Source: Planctomycetota bacterium
Lineage (GTDB): Bacteria > Planctomycetota > UBA1135
Length of the DNA stretch: 64,000 bases
Direction of reading: 5' to 3'
Assembly (NCBI GenBank): GCA_045047305.1
Contig: JASFYO010000005.1
Location: 12,277 to 76,276 of the forward strand
The notes under the pieces are model-generated. The model had not been told where the DNA came from, did not search any database, and saw only the letters and a program-made list of their open reading frames with translations. Below, one piece after another: positions 29,090-38,613 of this stretch. Positions within the stretch are counted from its first letter, which is position 1. Each line of letters starts with the position of its first letter. Both the position numbers and the translations under genes were made by a program.

Positions 29090-30241
29090 TTAGCAGTCGG
29101 CGAAGGTGCTGACTTGGCGCTGGATGGAGTCGCCGCTACACAAGTAGTTGCACAGATCAAGCGCCCCTTTCAGAGCATCCTCCGGGCAGTCCATAAGCCG
29201 CAGCACTACGGCTTGATATGCGCTATCTAATCGTCCTAGATCATCGCGTTGCACCGCTTTAGCACCGTGCTCAGTCAAGGCTTGCCACCATGCCTGCGCT
29301 CCTGGCTGCGGCATCTGCTGATGAGCAAGAGCAACCTCACGTAATGGATCCAACGAGGCATTGGATGCGCGCGAATCGCACCCCAAGGCCGGCAAGGGAA
29401 TGCCTGCTTCCTGGTACTGAGTTGGAGGGCGCTGGAAATACGCGTGCGTGCCAGGGCAGAACACCAAAGTGACTCCAGCTTGATGCAGTTGCTGCAATTC
29501 TTCCGCAGAGAGGTTGCCACCGTGCACCGCGAGAACTCCTGAGCGCAGTCCTCCCATAGCGCGCAACCAGTCGACTGGCGAACTCCATTGCCCACCGACC
29601 AGCGGACGTTCCCGGCGTGCGAGTAAGTCCGCCATGGGGCCGGTGCCATCCACTAGGTAGGCACGCTCCTCTTCATGTTCCCCGAGGTGAATGGAGACCA
29701 AACCGTGACCATGCATGGCGGAAAAAACCTTGCGCGCGACTTCTGGAGTGACGGAATAGGGTGCGTGGAGTGCAACGCCACCCATCTGCTTTGCCTTTTC
29801 GATACTCTCGAACGCAAAGCTATCGACATCGGGAGCGAAGACTTCTGTGAATGGCATCACTAGCGGCAAGGCATCGTGTTGATGTCCATCGGCGCCGCGC
29901 TCTGCAACATGACTCAACACCAAGCCACATCCATTTTGCTCCAACTCCTTCAAGGAAAGCCGCGCACTGGTGGCAGAGTCGAGGCGTTCCGCGTGCATCC
30001 GCCAAGCGAGTAAATCTTCCACCCAGGAAGAGAACCCGTCGCGACGCCAGGTGGAACTTGGAGCATCAAAACTCTCAAGGTGGGCGTGGGCGAGGATTGG
30101 GGCGGCAGCCCACACTTCACCGCGGAAGTGCTCGATACGGACATCGGGCGGAAGAGAGTCCGGGGTGCAAAATCCGGAGATGACACCCGCTTCATTGACC
30201 AAAACAACAACGCGCTTCTGCAGGTTCCAAGGATCCCGCAA
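29090..30241 (-). CDS. Metal-dependent amidohydrolase (aminodeoxyfutalosine/SAH deaminase-like)
   Basis: AHAHLE, HAPYS, HLGE, VHG and GCDSRASN motifs. Confidence 0.8.
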   Translation of the reverse strand: MRDPWNLQKRVVVLVNEAGVISGFCTPDSLPPDVRIEHFRGEVWAAAPILAHAHLESFDAPSSTWRRDGFSSWVEDLLAWRMHAERLDSATSARLSLKELEQNGCGLVLSHVAERGADGHQHDALPLVMPFTEVFAPDVDSFAFESIEKAKQMGGVALHAPYSVTPEVARKVFSAMHGHGLVSIHLGEHEEERAYLVDGTGPMADLLARRERPLVGGQWSSPVDWLRAMGGLRSGVLAVHGGNLSAEELQQLHQAGVTLVFCPGTHAYFQRPPTQYQEAGIPLPALGCDSRASNASLDPLREVALAHQQMPQPGAQAWWQALTEHGAKAVQRDDLGRLDSAYQAVVLRLMDCPEDALKGALDLCNYLCSGDSIQRQVSTFADC

Positions 30242-30280
30242 AAGCGCGTCAGGTAGGAGGGCTTTGATGAGCCCGTGCGA

Positions 30281-33200
30281 TCAGTCGCCGAGGAAGTCTA
30301 CGTTCACGTCGGTGACGCGGAAGTAGCTACCAGCCGCGGTACCAATCAAGGTTCCGATTTGATCCTGATCGAAGACCAACATAAAACGCAGCGCACGGTT
30401 GATCGAAGCATTCAGCTCCATCAAACCATCAGTCGCACCATTTACACTTGGAATCGCCCAAGGAGTGGTGGTCACCAAGATGGGGTTTGCAGCACCTGCT
30501 TGACCAGGAGCCATCCAGGCACCCTGAAGTGCAATCCAGATGGGAGTAGCGTCTGGGTCAGTCAACGCAGTATCGCTAAAACTCAAGGTCGTGGTGGTGG
30601 TGCCGTCGAAGTACTCCACTTCCACTTGCCAACCAGTAATCACGATGTTCTGCACACTTGCGTTTGCTTCATACCAGCGTGAACGTACACCACTAGCATT
30701 GCCGCCGAATACGGTGCCGTCGCCAGCCGTGATATCGCCGACCGTGCCCGGGAATGCAACGGCAATGGTGCCAATGTTGGCTTGACCAGGCAGGCCGATT
30801 GGAGTCAGCTCTACCGCTTCGTTTGGCGTTACGAATCCTTCCAGGATGGAGAGGGTTTCCAAACCAGTTGCGGTTTCAACCCGAACCAGGCCACTGCCTC
30901 CAGCTCCACCGTGGTTACCTGCAGCGCCAATGCCGCCTGCTCCGCCGTTGACGCTAATCGCGTCAAAAGCCGTCTGCACTAGGCTTCCACCTTGCAGTAA
31001 AACTGCGCCGCCAGAACCACCGCCGCCACCGGCATCTCCTGGAGGGCCAAAATCGATTGCGTCGGTATCAGCAAACGGAATCGATGCCATAAAGGTGCTA
31101 GAAGCTCCTTCGCCGCCGTCTGCGCTTACCGTTCCGTTCACGCTCAGACGCGAGCCTGCGTGCAACTGCACAGAGCCACCACCGGCACCACCGCCACCAC
31201 CAGGGTTGTTGCGGTAAGTTCCGACATCGCCGTTGGCAAAGGCGCCAAAGCGGTCTTCAATGGAACCATGCTCACTCATGCCAGCACCACCACCGCCCGC
31301 TCCACCAAGCAAGAAGCCGGCATCGGGGTCAAGGGTTTCGCTTCCAAGCGGAATGATGTAACGACCGCCATCGGCATCAGGTAGCGAAGCTCCTGCACCA
31401 AGGCGCACATCCCACAACAAGCGATCACCGCCAAGGCCATCACCGTTGAACTCAAAGATGTTGTCATTGGCGTCAATTAACGGGGTGAGGAGAGCAAGAC
31501 CAAGTGGGTCGGTGCTAGTCGCATCGAAGTGGACACCCCGAGCGCCGTCGGTCCAGTAGCCACCACCACCACCACCGCGCGAACGGTGAATGGAGAAGTT
31601 ACCGAAATCAGTGGGCGACCCGCCAGCGAATGCGGTTGGGTGGGTGGTAATCGTGACGCCGTTATTAAAAGTGGCATCGGTGACTTCGTTGGCCGAAGGA
31701 GGCCAGCACCAAGAGCCCATACCAGATCCATTGTCCTGGTCGGTGTGCTGCAAAGCACCAGCGCCTGTCGAAGGCTTACCAACCGAAGCAGTTCCGCCAA
31801 CACCACCAGCATTGCTGCCACAGTAAAGGTCAACGTTTTCACCAGCACCAGCGCCGAGTCCACCTGGGAAGCGGGCAGGACTTGGGTTACCCCCACCAGT
31901 GACCCCTGTCCGCCAGTTAGTCAATAGGGCGTTGTAGTACAGCGAGTTATCGAAGGCGACTCCTAAGTGATACCAAGCTTTTCCGCCGGTGCCACCAGAA
32001 CCCGCTCCAAGGTCACCGCTACCGCCAACCCCACCGAGGGCAAAGGCATCGTCGAACTGTGCGGCGGTCATGCGGCCGAGAGGGGATTCATTAAAAACGC
32101 CTACCCCATCATCGTTGTCATATTCACTCACCATAAAAACCTTGCCCGAGTGGACCAAGGCCGACTGCCCAGAAAAGTCCATCACGCCGTCCACCTGTAG
32201 GCTGCCTTGACTAAACAGACGCAGCGGATTCGCACCAGTTGCTTCCAAGCGAGCACCACCAGGAATCAAGACTTCTGAGAATGGGTATACCCCACCTAAC
32301 ACGCCAACATCTTCGCCGAGTAATTCGGAACGGAATGCGGGGTCGCCATCGGTATCCAAAACCGAAAGGCCTTGCGTAGCAACGTAAACACCGAGCACAC
32401 CAGACCCACCGCCTTTATGCAAACCAGTCGTTGGGTCTAAGCCACTATCGATGGTGCCTGCAACACCAGACCACAGACCAGCAACACTGCCGTTCTCATC
32501 CTCTTGGGCGGTGTCAGTAAAGGCTTCGGTGAAGGCACCAGTGACCTGACCAATCGTTGGCAACAGTAAGTTGGTGTTGCCTGGGTTATCCAAGAGATTG
32601 CCACCCATGTCTGCAATCTGTTGCGAAGTACTTAAACGCAAAGAACGCGCACCGCCATGATTGCCTGGATAAGGCACCGAAGGGGTGAAAGTAATCGTGG
32701 TGAGCAACGTCGTGCGATTCAACACCGCGGTAAACACGCCCGGCATGGGAATCTCGGTACCCGTGGTTGCATCTACGATGGTCACCGAAATCTGAGTACT
32801 GCTTCCATCATCTGGATTTGCCATCGGCAAGGAATCCATCAAATCGTTAAACACCATCACGATAGGAAAATCGCGGGTCGTCGGAGTCACGGTTGTATCT
32901 GGAGTCAGAGTAATCAAGGAAGGATTACCCGGAACCAAATCTATAGGTGCAACAATCGTGATATCGCCGGTGATAAAGGTTTGATTTAAACGTCCTGCTC
33001 TGGAGGCAACAGCATTCGAGCTGGCATCGTCCAGAATCTGAATGCGATAAGTCGAGCCAGTCAAGAAGCCAAACAAAGTACCTGAGGTAGATTGGATGAG
33101 CGACGGCTGAAAAACCACCACCTTTCCGTTCACGATGAAGCTACCTGTTGGGGTCACTCCAGTTGCCTTATCGACAATCGAGATGGAGGAAAAGTTCACC

Positions 33201-33418
33201 GTGGACGGATCCACTACATCGTTGAATGTAAAGGTGATATCCTGGTTTGCCGCATGGGTGCTGGTGGAAAACGAGCTTCCATTGCAACCGAGCGAACAAA
33301 CGGACATGCCGAATTCCGCTACTGCTGCAGCGTCGTTAGAAGAGCTACCGCACGCCGCGAAAGTGGCGAGCAGGCAGGATGTGGCAAGAATTTTGCTTAG
33401 GGAAGGGAGTATCTTCAC
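30281..33418 (-). CDS. Large Gly-rich surface lipoprotein with Ig-like (Big_5-like) domains (protein D)
   Basis: Lipobox FAA-C; F.FND.VDP.TV and IADMGGNLL Ig-like motifs; GGxGGGG tracts; C-terminal module shared with the 40.5-50.5 kb genes. Start GTG 33418. Confidence 0.8.
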   Translation of the reverse strand: MKILPSLSKILATSCLLATFAACGSSSNDAAAVAEFGMSVCSLGCNGSSFSTSTHAANQDITFTFNDVVDPSTVNFSSISIVDKATGVTPTGSFIVNGKVVVFQPSLIQSTSGTLFGFLTGSTYRIQILDDASSNAVASRAGRLNQTFITGDITIVAPIDLVPGNPSLITLTPDTTVTPTTRDFPIVMVFNDLMDSLPMANPDDGSSTQISVTIVDATTGTEIPMPGVFTAVLNRTTLLTTITFTPSVPYPGNHGGARSLRLSTSQQIADMGGNLLDNPGNTNLLLPTIGQVTGAFTEAFTDTAQEDENGSVAGLWSGVAGTIDSGLDPTTGLHKGGGSGVLGVYVATQGLSVLDTDGDPAFRSELLGEDVGVLGGVYPFSEVLIPGGARLEATGANPLRLFSQGSLQVDGVMDFSGQSALVHSGKVFMVSEYDNDDGVGVFNESPLGRMTAAQFDDAFALGGVGGSGDLGAGSGGTGGKAWYHLGVAFDNSLYYNALLTNWRTGVTGGGNPSPARFPGGLGAGAGENVDLYCGSNAGGVGGTASVGKPSTGAGALQHTDQDNGSGMGSWCWPPSANEVTDATFNNGVTITTHPTAFAGGSPTDFGNFSIHRSRGGGGGGYWTDGARGVHFDATSTDPLGLALLTPLIDANDNIFEFNGDGLGGDRLLWDVRLGAGASLPDADGGRYIIPLGSETLDPDAGFLLGGAGGGGAGMSEHGSIEDRFGAFANGDVGTYRNNPGGGGGAGGGSVQLHAGSRLSVNGTVSADGGEGASSTFMASIPFADTDAIDFGPPGDAGGGGGSGGAVLLQGGSLVQTAFDAISVNGGAGGIGAAGNHGGAGGSGLVRVETATGLETLSILEGFVTPNEAVELTPIGLPGQANIGTIAVAFPGTVGDITAGDGTVFGGNASGVRSRWYEANASVQNIVITGWQVEVEYFDGTTTTTLSFSDTALTDPDATPIWIALQGAWMAPGQAGAANPILVTTTPWAIPSVNGATDGLMELNASINRALRFMLVFDQDQIGTLIGTAAGSYFRVTDVNVDFLGD

Positions 33419-33480
33419 AATGACCAAGTCGGGGCGACCTAGATGTCCTCGGGTTGGCACTCGAGGATTTCTGTCGGCAA

Positions 33481-33489
33481 AGTTTAGCA
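33481..33489 (-). promoter_or_regulatory. Putative extended -10 promoter (TGcTAAACT) for protein D
   Basis: Reverse complement of AGTTTAGCA, about 60 nt upstream of GTG 33418. Confidence 0.45.
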
Positions 33490-33500
33490 GACTAAACACC

Positions 33501-34469
33501 ATGCACACACAGACTTACAACGAACAGAGAAAAGGCAGAATGCTGCCCACCCCTTTCCTGCACATGGCATGCCAAATGATGCCATTACTCCTTCTAGGGG
33601 CTATCGGGCTCTCAGCAACCAGCTGTTCACAGGGAAATGCCGGAAGTCCCTTAATTTCAGAGACTTCGCGTGCTTTAGCGAACAGTTTTGAGAGCTCCGA
33701 AGATGCGATTTCGGCCCTCCGAGTGCGAGCTCGCACGGCTGCCGAGCGACTCCACACGGATGCATTGGTCGAAGAATTGCCCGCTCTGCGCGAGGAATTG
33801 CAGCTTACGGTCATGGCTTTGGCAGCCTTAGACGACGCCGAGACCTTCCCGTGGAAGGATTGGATCGAAGAAAGCCGCTTCCTTATTCCCGAAATGACCG
33901 AGCAAGAGCTGCTTGCCGCCACCCAAGTTTTGGGGCCAGAAGCCTCCCTCATCCTCTGTCGCAGCTGTGATTTCCGCGAAATGCCAGAGCGTCCGCGCTT
34001 GGTGGCACACCGCACTTTTTGGCGCCTAGATGTGAACGAAGCATTCGCGCGCGGCAACAAGCTTCTATTCCTCGACCACCCACGGGCGCGGGACCGCATC
34101 CGCCAGATGTATGTAGAAGATGTTTTGCTCCAGGTGGAAGGAGAAGAAGCGCAGCAATGGGTAACCGAATTGCTCCTCGATATTGCCACCGAAGAATCGA
34201 TGGAGCCACGTGCACGTTCTTTGGCGGTGCGCGCCTTACGCGAACGTCGCAACCAAGAAGCGCCTGCGATTTTGGAAAGCCTCTTCGACACCGAGTCCAC
34301 CAATTTTCTGCTCCGCAAGGAAGCTCTCATGGCCATCCTGGATTTAGATAACGTACGCGGGCAGCGCATCTTGCTCGAAAAAATGCCCTCACGTTCGATT
34401 GACCCCGGCACCTGGGAATTCATGCGCTTGCTACGTGCTCAAGAAGGCCTTCCGGTTCCACCACAATAA
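33501..34469 (+). CDS. Hypothetical lipoprotein with HEAT/alpha-solenoid-like C-terminus (start uncertain: 33501, 33540 or later)
   Basis: LLLLGAIGLSATS-C lipobox; helical repeats (RARSLAVRAL, LRKEALMAI); stop lies 3 nt before tatD. Confidence 0.65.
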   Translation: MHTQTYNEQRKGRMLPTPFLHMACQMMPLLLLGAIGLSATSCSQGNAGSPLISETSRALANSFESSEDAISALRVRARTAAERLHTDALVEELPALREELQLTVMALAALDDAETFPWKDWIEESRFLIPEMTEQELLAATQVLGPEASLILCRSCDFREMPERPRLVAHRTFWRLDVNEAFARGNKLLFLDHPRARDRIRQMYVEDVLLQVEGEEAQQWVTELLLDIATEESMEPRARSLAVRALRERRNQEAPAILESLFDTESTNFLLRKEALMAILDLDNVRGQRILLEKMPSRSIDPGTWEFMRLLRAQEGLPVPPQ

Positions 34470-34472
34470 AAC

Positions 34473-35249
34473 ATGCGATTATTCGACACCCATTGCCACC
34501 TCACTTGGAAAGAGGAGGAAAACCCCGCGCTCCCTCGTTTGGAGCGCGCACGTACTGCAGGCGTTGATCGTTTTGTTTGCGTAGCCATCGACTTAGACAA
34601 TGCAAAACGTTGTCGCGCCTTGGCCGCGGAGCATGACGACGTCTTCCCTACCGTCGGCATTCACCCGAACGATGTCGGCGCCTTCGCAGATTTAAATTCC
34701 AAACTGGATGCGCTGAAAGACCTCGCCGACGACGACAGTTTTGTCGCGATTGGCGAAACCGGTTTGGATTTCTTTCGCGATTGGGCACAACCCGATGCAC
34801 AGCGTAAAGCTCTGGAAGCGCATCTAGATATAGCGCGCGACCGCAACTTGCCGGTCATTCTGCACTGTCGTAGCGCTATTGAGGAACTGCTGCCCATCTT
34901 GCGTGCACGCGGCGAGCAAACAAAGGGCATTATGCATTGCTATTCCGAAGGGCCTGAGGCGATTGAAGAATTACTCAGCTTTGGGCTCCACATTAGTTTT
35001 GCCGGGAATGTGACTTATCCCAAGTCCACCCCCCTACGCGAGGCTGCACGCATAGTGCCCGACGACCGCCTTCTGCTAGAAACCGATGCGCCATTCTTGG
35101 CGCCGCAGCCGAAGCGTGGCAAACCGAATGAACCTGCTTTTGTGCAGTACACCTTAGAGGCGCTGGCAACAGAGCTGCAAAAGGATCCAGCGCAGTTGGC
35201 CGCAAACACGCATGCCAATGCATGCGCATTGTTCCAAGTTTCCGCCTAA
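34473..35249 (+). CDS. tatD: TatD family DNase
   Basis: DTHCH, GIHP, AIGETGLD, ILHCR, MHCY and LETDAPFLAP motifs. Confidence 0.95.
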   Translation: MRLFDTHCHLTWKEEENPALPRLERARTAGVDRFVCVAIDLDNAKRCRALAAEHDDVFPTVGIHPNDVGAFADLNSKLDALKDLADDDSFVAIGETGLDFFRDWAQPDAQRKALEAHLDIARDRNLPVILHCRSAIEELLPILRARGEQTKGIMHCYSEGPEAIEELLSFGLHISFAGNVTYPKSTPLREAARIVPDDRLLLETDAPFLAPQPKRGKPNEPAFVQYTLEALATELQKDPAQLAANTHANACALFQVSA

Positions 35250-35271
35250 GCTGGTAACAGCCAGCCCAGAA

Positions 35272-35796
35272 TTAGCGACCGACCGGCGTCAGGCCGATGG
35301 CATCGGGCGCCAAGGAACCTGGGGTATCGTTCCACGATGCTGCAATCGGCGCACGGTAGACCTGAGAGTCGGTGAAGTCGACCCAGAAGGTATCCAGTCC
35401 AGAATACTCGCGAAGGTTTGGCCACGCCCATGCCCCCACGATGCGCCCGTTGGCATCGTGGCCGCTGCGATAACGGTAGCCGCCACGGTGTCCCACTCCA
35501 AAGCCGTCGAAAATCATCGGAGGCTGAAAGTTGAAGGAGGGAGTGCGCAAGTGAGCTGCACGATTGGGAAGGTTAGGTACGGATTCTGCCACCTGGCGAA
35601 TCTCTACGAAACTGCCGACCTCGCGCATCCATAAGGCCTCAGCCGAAGAAAGCATCTGCAGGTACTCCACCGCGTGGCTTTGATTTTCATCTTTGCGTGC
35701 CTTCAGCGCCAAAGGCAACAAGGCCACCGACAAGGCGGTTAAGAGCATGATGAATATGAGAAGCTCAAGCAATGCGAACCCTTTGAGGGGTTGCAC
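35272..35796 (-). CDS. Type IV pilin/pseudopilin-like protein (start GTG 35796 or 35823)
   Basis: Class III signal peptide KG|FALLELLIFIMLLTALSVALLP with Glu at +5. Confidence 0.8.
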   Translation of the reverse strand: MQPLKGFALLELLIFIMLLTALSVALLPLALKARKDENQSHAVEYLQMLSSAEALWMREVGSFVEIRQVAESVPNLPNRAAHLRTPSFNFQPPMIFDGFGVGHRGGYRYRSGHDANGRIVGAWAWPNLREYSGLDTFWVDFTDSQVYRAPIAASWNDTPGSLAPDAIGLTPVGR

Positions 35797-35830
35797 AATC
35801 GAATCGTCTGGAAGGTCTTGCACGGAATCT

Positions 35831-37813
35831 CTAGCTATGGACGACCGCCTCACCCTGTGCCGCAACAATGTCGGCCTGCAGGTGAGACGGTACTTGCGCG
35901 TAACGCGCGAGCTCCATACTAAAGTGCCCCTCGCCGTGAGTCATGGCTCGAAGCTGGGTGGAATAAGATTGCAGTTCCGCAAGCGGCGCTTCTGCTTCCA
36001 TGGTTTGGAAATCGCCGGCCGACTGCATGCCTTGAATATGCCCGCGGCGGGAGTTCAGGTCGCCCGAGACCTCACCAAAATAGCGCGAAGGAACAGTAAT
36101 CGAAATCCGCATAATGGGCTCCAGCAAAATGGGACTTGCCTTGGTAAAACCATCGATTAAAGCACGAGCACCTGCAACGCGGAAGGAATGTTCATCGGAA
36201 TCCACTGCATGGAATTTGCCATCGTAAAGCTCAACGGTGACATCGACCACTTGGCTACCAGCAATCACGCCCTGCACCATTTGCTCACCGACGCCCTTCT
36301 CCACTGCCGGGATGAACTGACGCGGCACCGAGCCTCCGACCACTTTGTCGACAAATTCATAACCAGCGCCACGTTCTCTGGGAATCAAGCGAATATTGCA
36401 TGCGGCAAACTGGCCCTTGCCTCCCGACTGCTTTTTGTGCTTATGCGATCCCTCCGCGGGAATGGTAATGGTTTCGCGGTAAGCAATGCGCGGAAGGTGT
36501 GACTCAACTGCAACCCCGCGTACTGCTAGGCGGTGCAGCATGGCATTGAGGTGTAGCTCACTTAAGCCCTCTACGATAGTTTCGTGAGTGACCGAGTCAT
36601 AATGCACTTGAAAGCACGGGTCTTCCCGTTCCATTTTGTGCAGCTCTTGACCAATCTTCTGTTCCGCGCTGCGGTCCAACGGCACAATGGCCCGCGAGGT
36701 GTAGGGCGTCGGCAAGGGAAACTTATGAAAGTGTCCCTCCCCTTCGCTGACCAAGACATCGCCGATACGTAAATCATCGATGCGGGTGACGGCAACGATG
36801 TCGCCTGGTCCGGCAACGGAAATGCCATCGAGCCGCTCTCCGAACAAGGTAGACAAACCATTCATTTTCACGGCCTTGCCTTCATGCGGATCAATTAAAG
36901 CATCACCGGCATTCAACCTTCCTTGCAAAATACGCAGATAGGAAATCTGGCCGAGGTGTTGATCACTCAAGACTTTCCAAACTCGAGCGACAGTACGCTC
37001 CGACTCTCCGCCACTTTCAATGTTGTCACTGTGCATGGCTGCAAGCTGCATCGCTGCATCTGGAAAATCGCGCACCATGAAGTCAGCGAATTCAGCTACG
37101 CCAATCCCATTGGTTGGGTTCAAGCAGAACAAAGGCGCGAACGTTCCTTTGGCCATCGCCAAGGGGAAAGCAGCCTCCAGGGATCCATGGGAGATATCCC
37201 CCTCCTCTAAATACTTCTCCATTAACTCATCGTTAGCTTCGACCACAGCATCCACAAGATGTTCGCGATGTTCTCCCGCTTGCTGCTCCACCACCGATAC
37301 AGAATTAAACCCGGGGCCAGTTTCATTCGCAAGGGTGAACGGGACTACGCGTTGCCCAAAAACTTCACGTATATTTTCAATCACTTTATCCATATGCAGG
37401 TTGTCGCCATCAAGGCGGGTCACCACAACCGCACGAGCAAGGCCAAGCGCTCCAGCCTTCTCCCACAACTGAAGGGAATGAAAAGGGACGCCGGTCTCCC
37501 GTGCTGGAACCACGATGACGGCAGTGCCGGCCGCGCCCATGGAGGTAATCGCATCCGCAACAAAATCGGGATATCCCGGAGTATCAATCAGGTTCAACTT
37601 GCCATGCGGTGCTTCCAAATGCACCACGCCCGCAGAAAGGCTATGCCGTTTTTCTTTTTCATCCGGCAAAAAATCGCACAAGGTGTTTCCGTCTTCCACT
37701 GTCCCCACGCGGTCGATGGCACCAAACAGGTGCGCGACCTTTTCTATCAACGTGGTTTTTCCTGCGTCGGAGGAGCCAAGAAACGTGATGTTATGGATGT
37801 CGGTTGTGGACAT
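35831..37813 (-). CDS. fusA2: Elongation factor G paralog (EF-G2/EFG II type)
   Basis: G1 GSSDAGKTT, G3 DTPGYPDF, degenerate G4 TRLD; domain IV KKQSGGKGQFA and HAVDSDE; domain V ILLEPIM. Confidence 0.9.
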   Translation of the reverse strand: MSTTDIHNITFLGSSDAGKTTLIEKVAHLFGAIDRVGTVEDGNTLCDFLPDEKEKRHSLSAGVVHLEAPHGKLNLIDTPGYPDFVADAITSMGAAGTAVIVVPARETGVPFHSLQLWEKAGALGLARAVVVTRLDGDNLHMDKVIENIREVFGQRVVPFTLANETGPGFNSVSVVEQQAGEHREHLVDAVVEANDELMEKYLEEGDISHGSLEAAFPLAMAKGTFAPLFCLNPTNGIGVAEFADFMVRDFPDAAMQLAAMHSDNIESGGESERTVARVWKVLSDQHLGQISYLRILQGRLNAGDALIDPHEGKAVKMNGLSTLFGERLDGISVAGPGDIVAVTRIDDLRIGDVLVSEGEGHFHKFPLPTPYTSRAIVPLDRSAEQKIGQELHKMEREDPCFQVHYDSVTHETIVEGLSELHLNAMLHRLAVRGVAVESHLPRIAYRETITIPAEGSHKHKKQSGGKGQFAACNIRLIPRERGAGYEFVDKVVGGSVPRQFIPAVEKGVGEQMVQGVIAGSQVVDVTVELYDGKFHAVDSDEHSFRVAGARALIDGFTKASPILLEPIMRISITVPSRYFGEVSGDLNSRRGHIQGMQSAGDFQTMEAEAPLAELQSYSTQLRAMTHGEGHFSMELARYAQVPSHLQADIVAAQGEAVVHS

Positions 37814-37830
37814 GGGAGAGTATTCGGGTT

Positions 37831-37886
37831 GAGAAAGAAAAAAGAAAAAAGAAAAGGCATCGAGTGATGAATCACTCGATGCCTTT
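37831..37886 (-). terminator. Rho-independent terminator after the OmpA/MotB gene
   Basis: AAAGGCATCGAGTGAT-GA-ATCACTCGATGCCTTT perfect inverted repeat followed by a U-rich tail of about 20 nt on the minus strand. Confidence 0.9.
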
Positions 37887-37903
37887 AGGTTAGCAGAAAC
37901 CGG

Positions 37904-38593
37904 TTAAGGCAGAACTAGGATTTCTACCCGACGGTTCTTTGCCTTACCTTCTTTGGTAGAGTTATCTTCTTTCGGATCCCATTCGCCGTGACCAGCAATG
38001 CGAACGTACTGCGACTCAATCTCTTTCTCAAATACGAGATAATCTGCTACCGAAAGCGCACGGTTCACCGACAAAGCAAGATTGCTCTTCCAACCAGATT
38101 TCTTGGGTTGATCCGAATCTGTGTGGCCTTCCACCCAAAAAGTTTTTCCGGTGTAAGACTCCTTCAGCACGTCGGCGACGCGAGACATGGTTTCCTTACC
38201 CTTCTTGTTTAACTCGGCTTTGCCGGAGCCAAAAGTTAGGTTGGAATCAACCCCAAGAACAATGAAGCCTCCACGGGATTCTACTTCCACGCCAGTACCT
38301 GCGAGGCGTGCTTGCAAGTCGGCGACTTCGGAATCCTGCTGCTGGAATGCTGCCTCACGCGCAGCCAATCGGTCCTGGATTTCAGCGGCGCGTTGCTGCT
38401 CGAAACTCAGTTGATCGGATAGCGCAGCGTTCTCAGCACGCACGCGCTGGGTCTCAAGGCGGAGATTGTCCGACTCGGTTTTGTATGCAGCGAGCTGCTG
38501 ATCTTGGTCGTCAAGCATCTGGCGATGCATTTGGCTCTGACACGATGGAGCGGCCAGTGCGAGAAGTAGGATGAGAAGTGTGGATTTCTTCAT
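37904..38593 (-). CDS. OmpA/MotB-family peptidoglycan-binding lipoprotein with coiled coil
   Basis: Lipobox AAPS-C; coiled coil; VEGHTD...SNLALSVNRA...NRRVEI. Confidence 0.88.
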   Translation of the reverse strand: MKKSTLLILLLALAAPSCQSQMHRQMLDDQDQQLAAYKTESDNLRLETQRVRAENAALSDQLSFEQQRAAEIQDRLAAREAAFQQQDSEVADLQARLAGTGVEVESRGGFIVLGVDSNLTFGSGKAELNKKGKETMSRVADVLKESYTGKTFWVEGHTDSDQPKKSGWKSNLALSVNRALSVADYLVFEKEIESQYVRIAGHGEWDPKEDNSTKEGKAKNRRVEILVLP

Positions 38594-38613
38594 GGAGATG
38601 GGATTATGGAATC

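Noticed and set aside
33135..33500. N-terminal extension of the 444-aa plus-strand ORF overlapping protein D head-to-head
   Set aside because: The lipobox lies far downstream, so the true start is at or after 33501. The extension is antisense to protein D.
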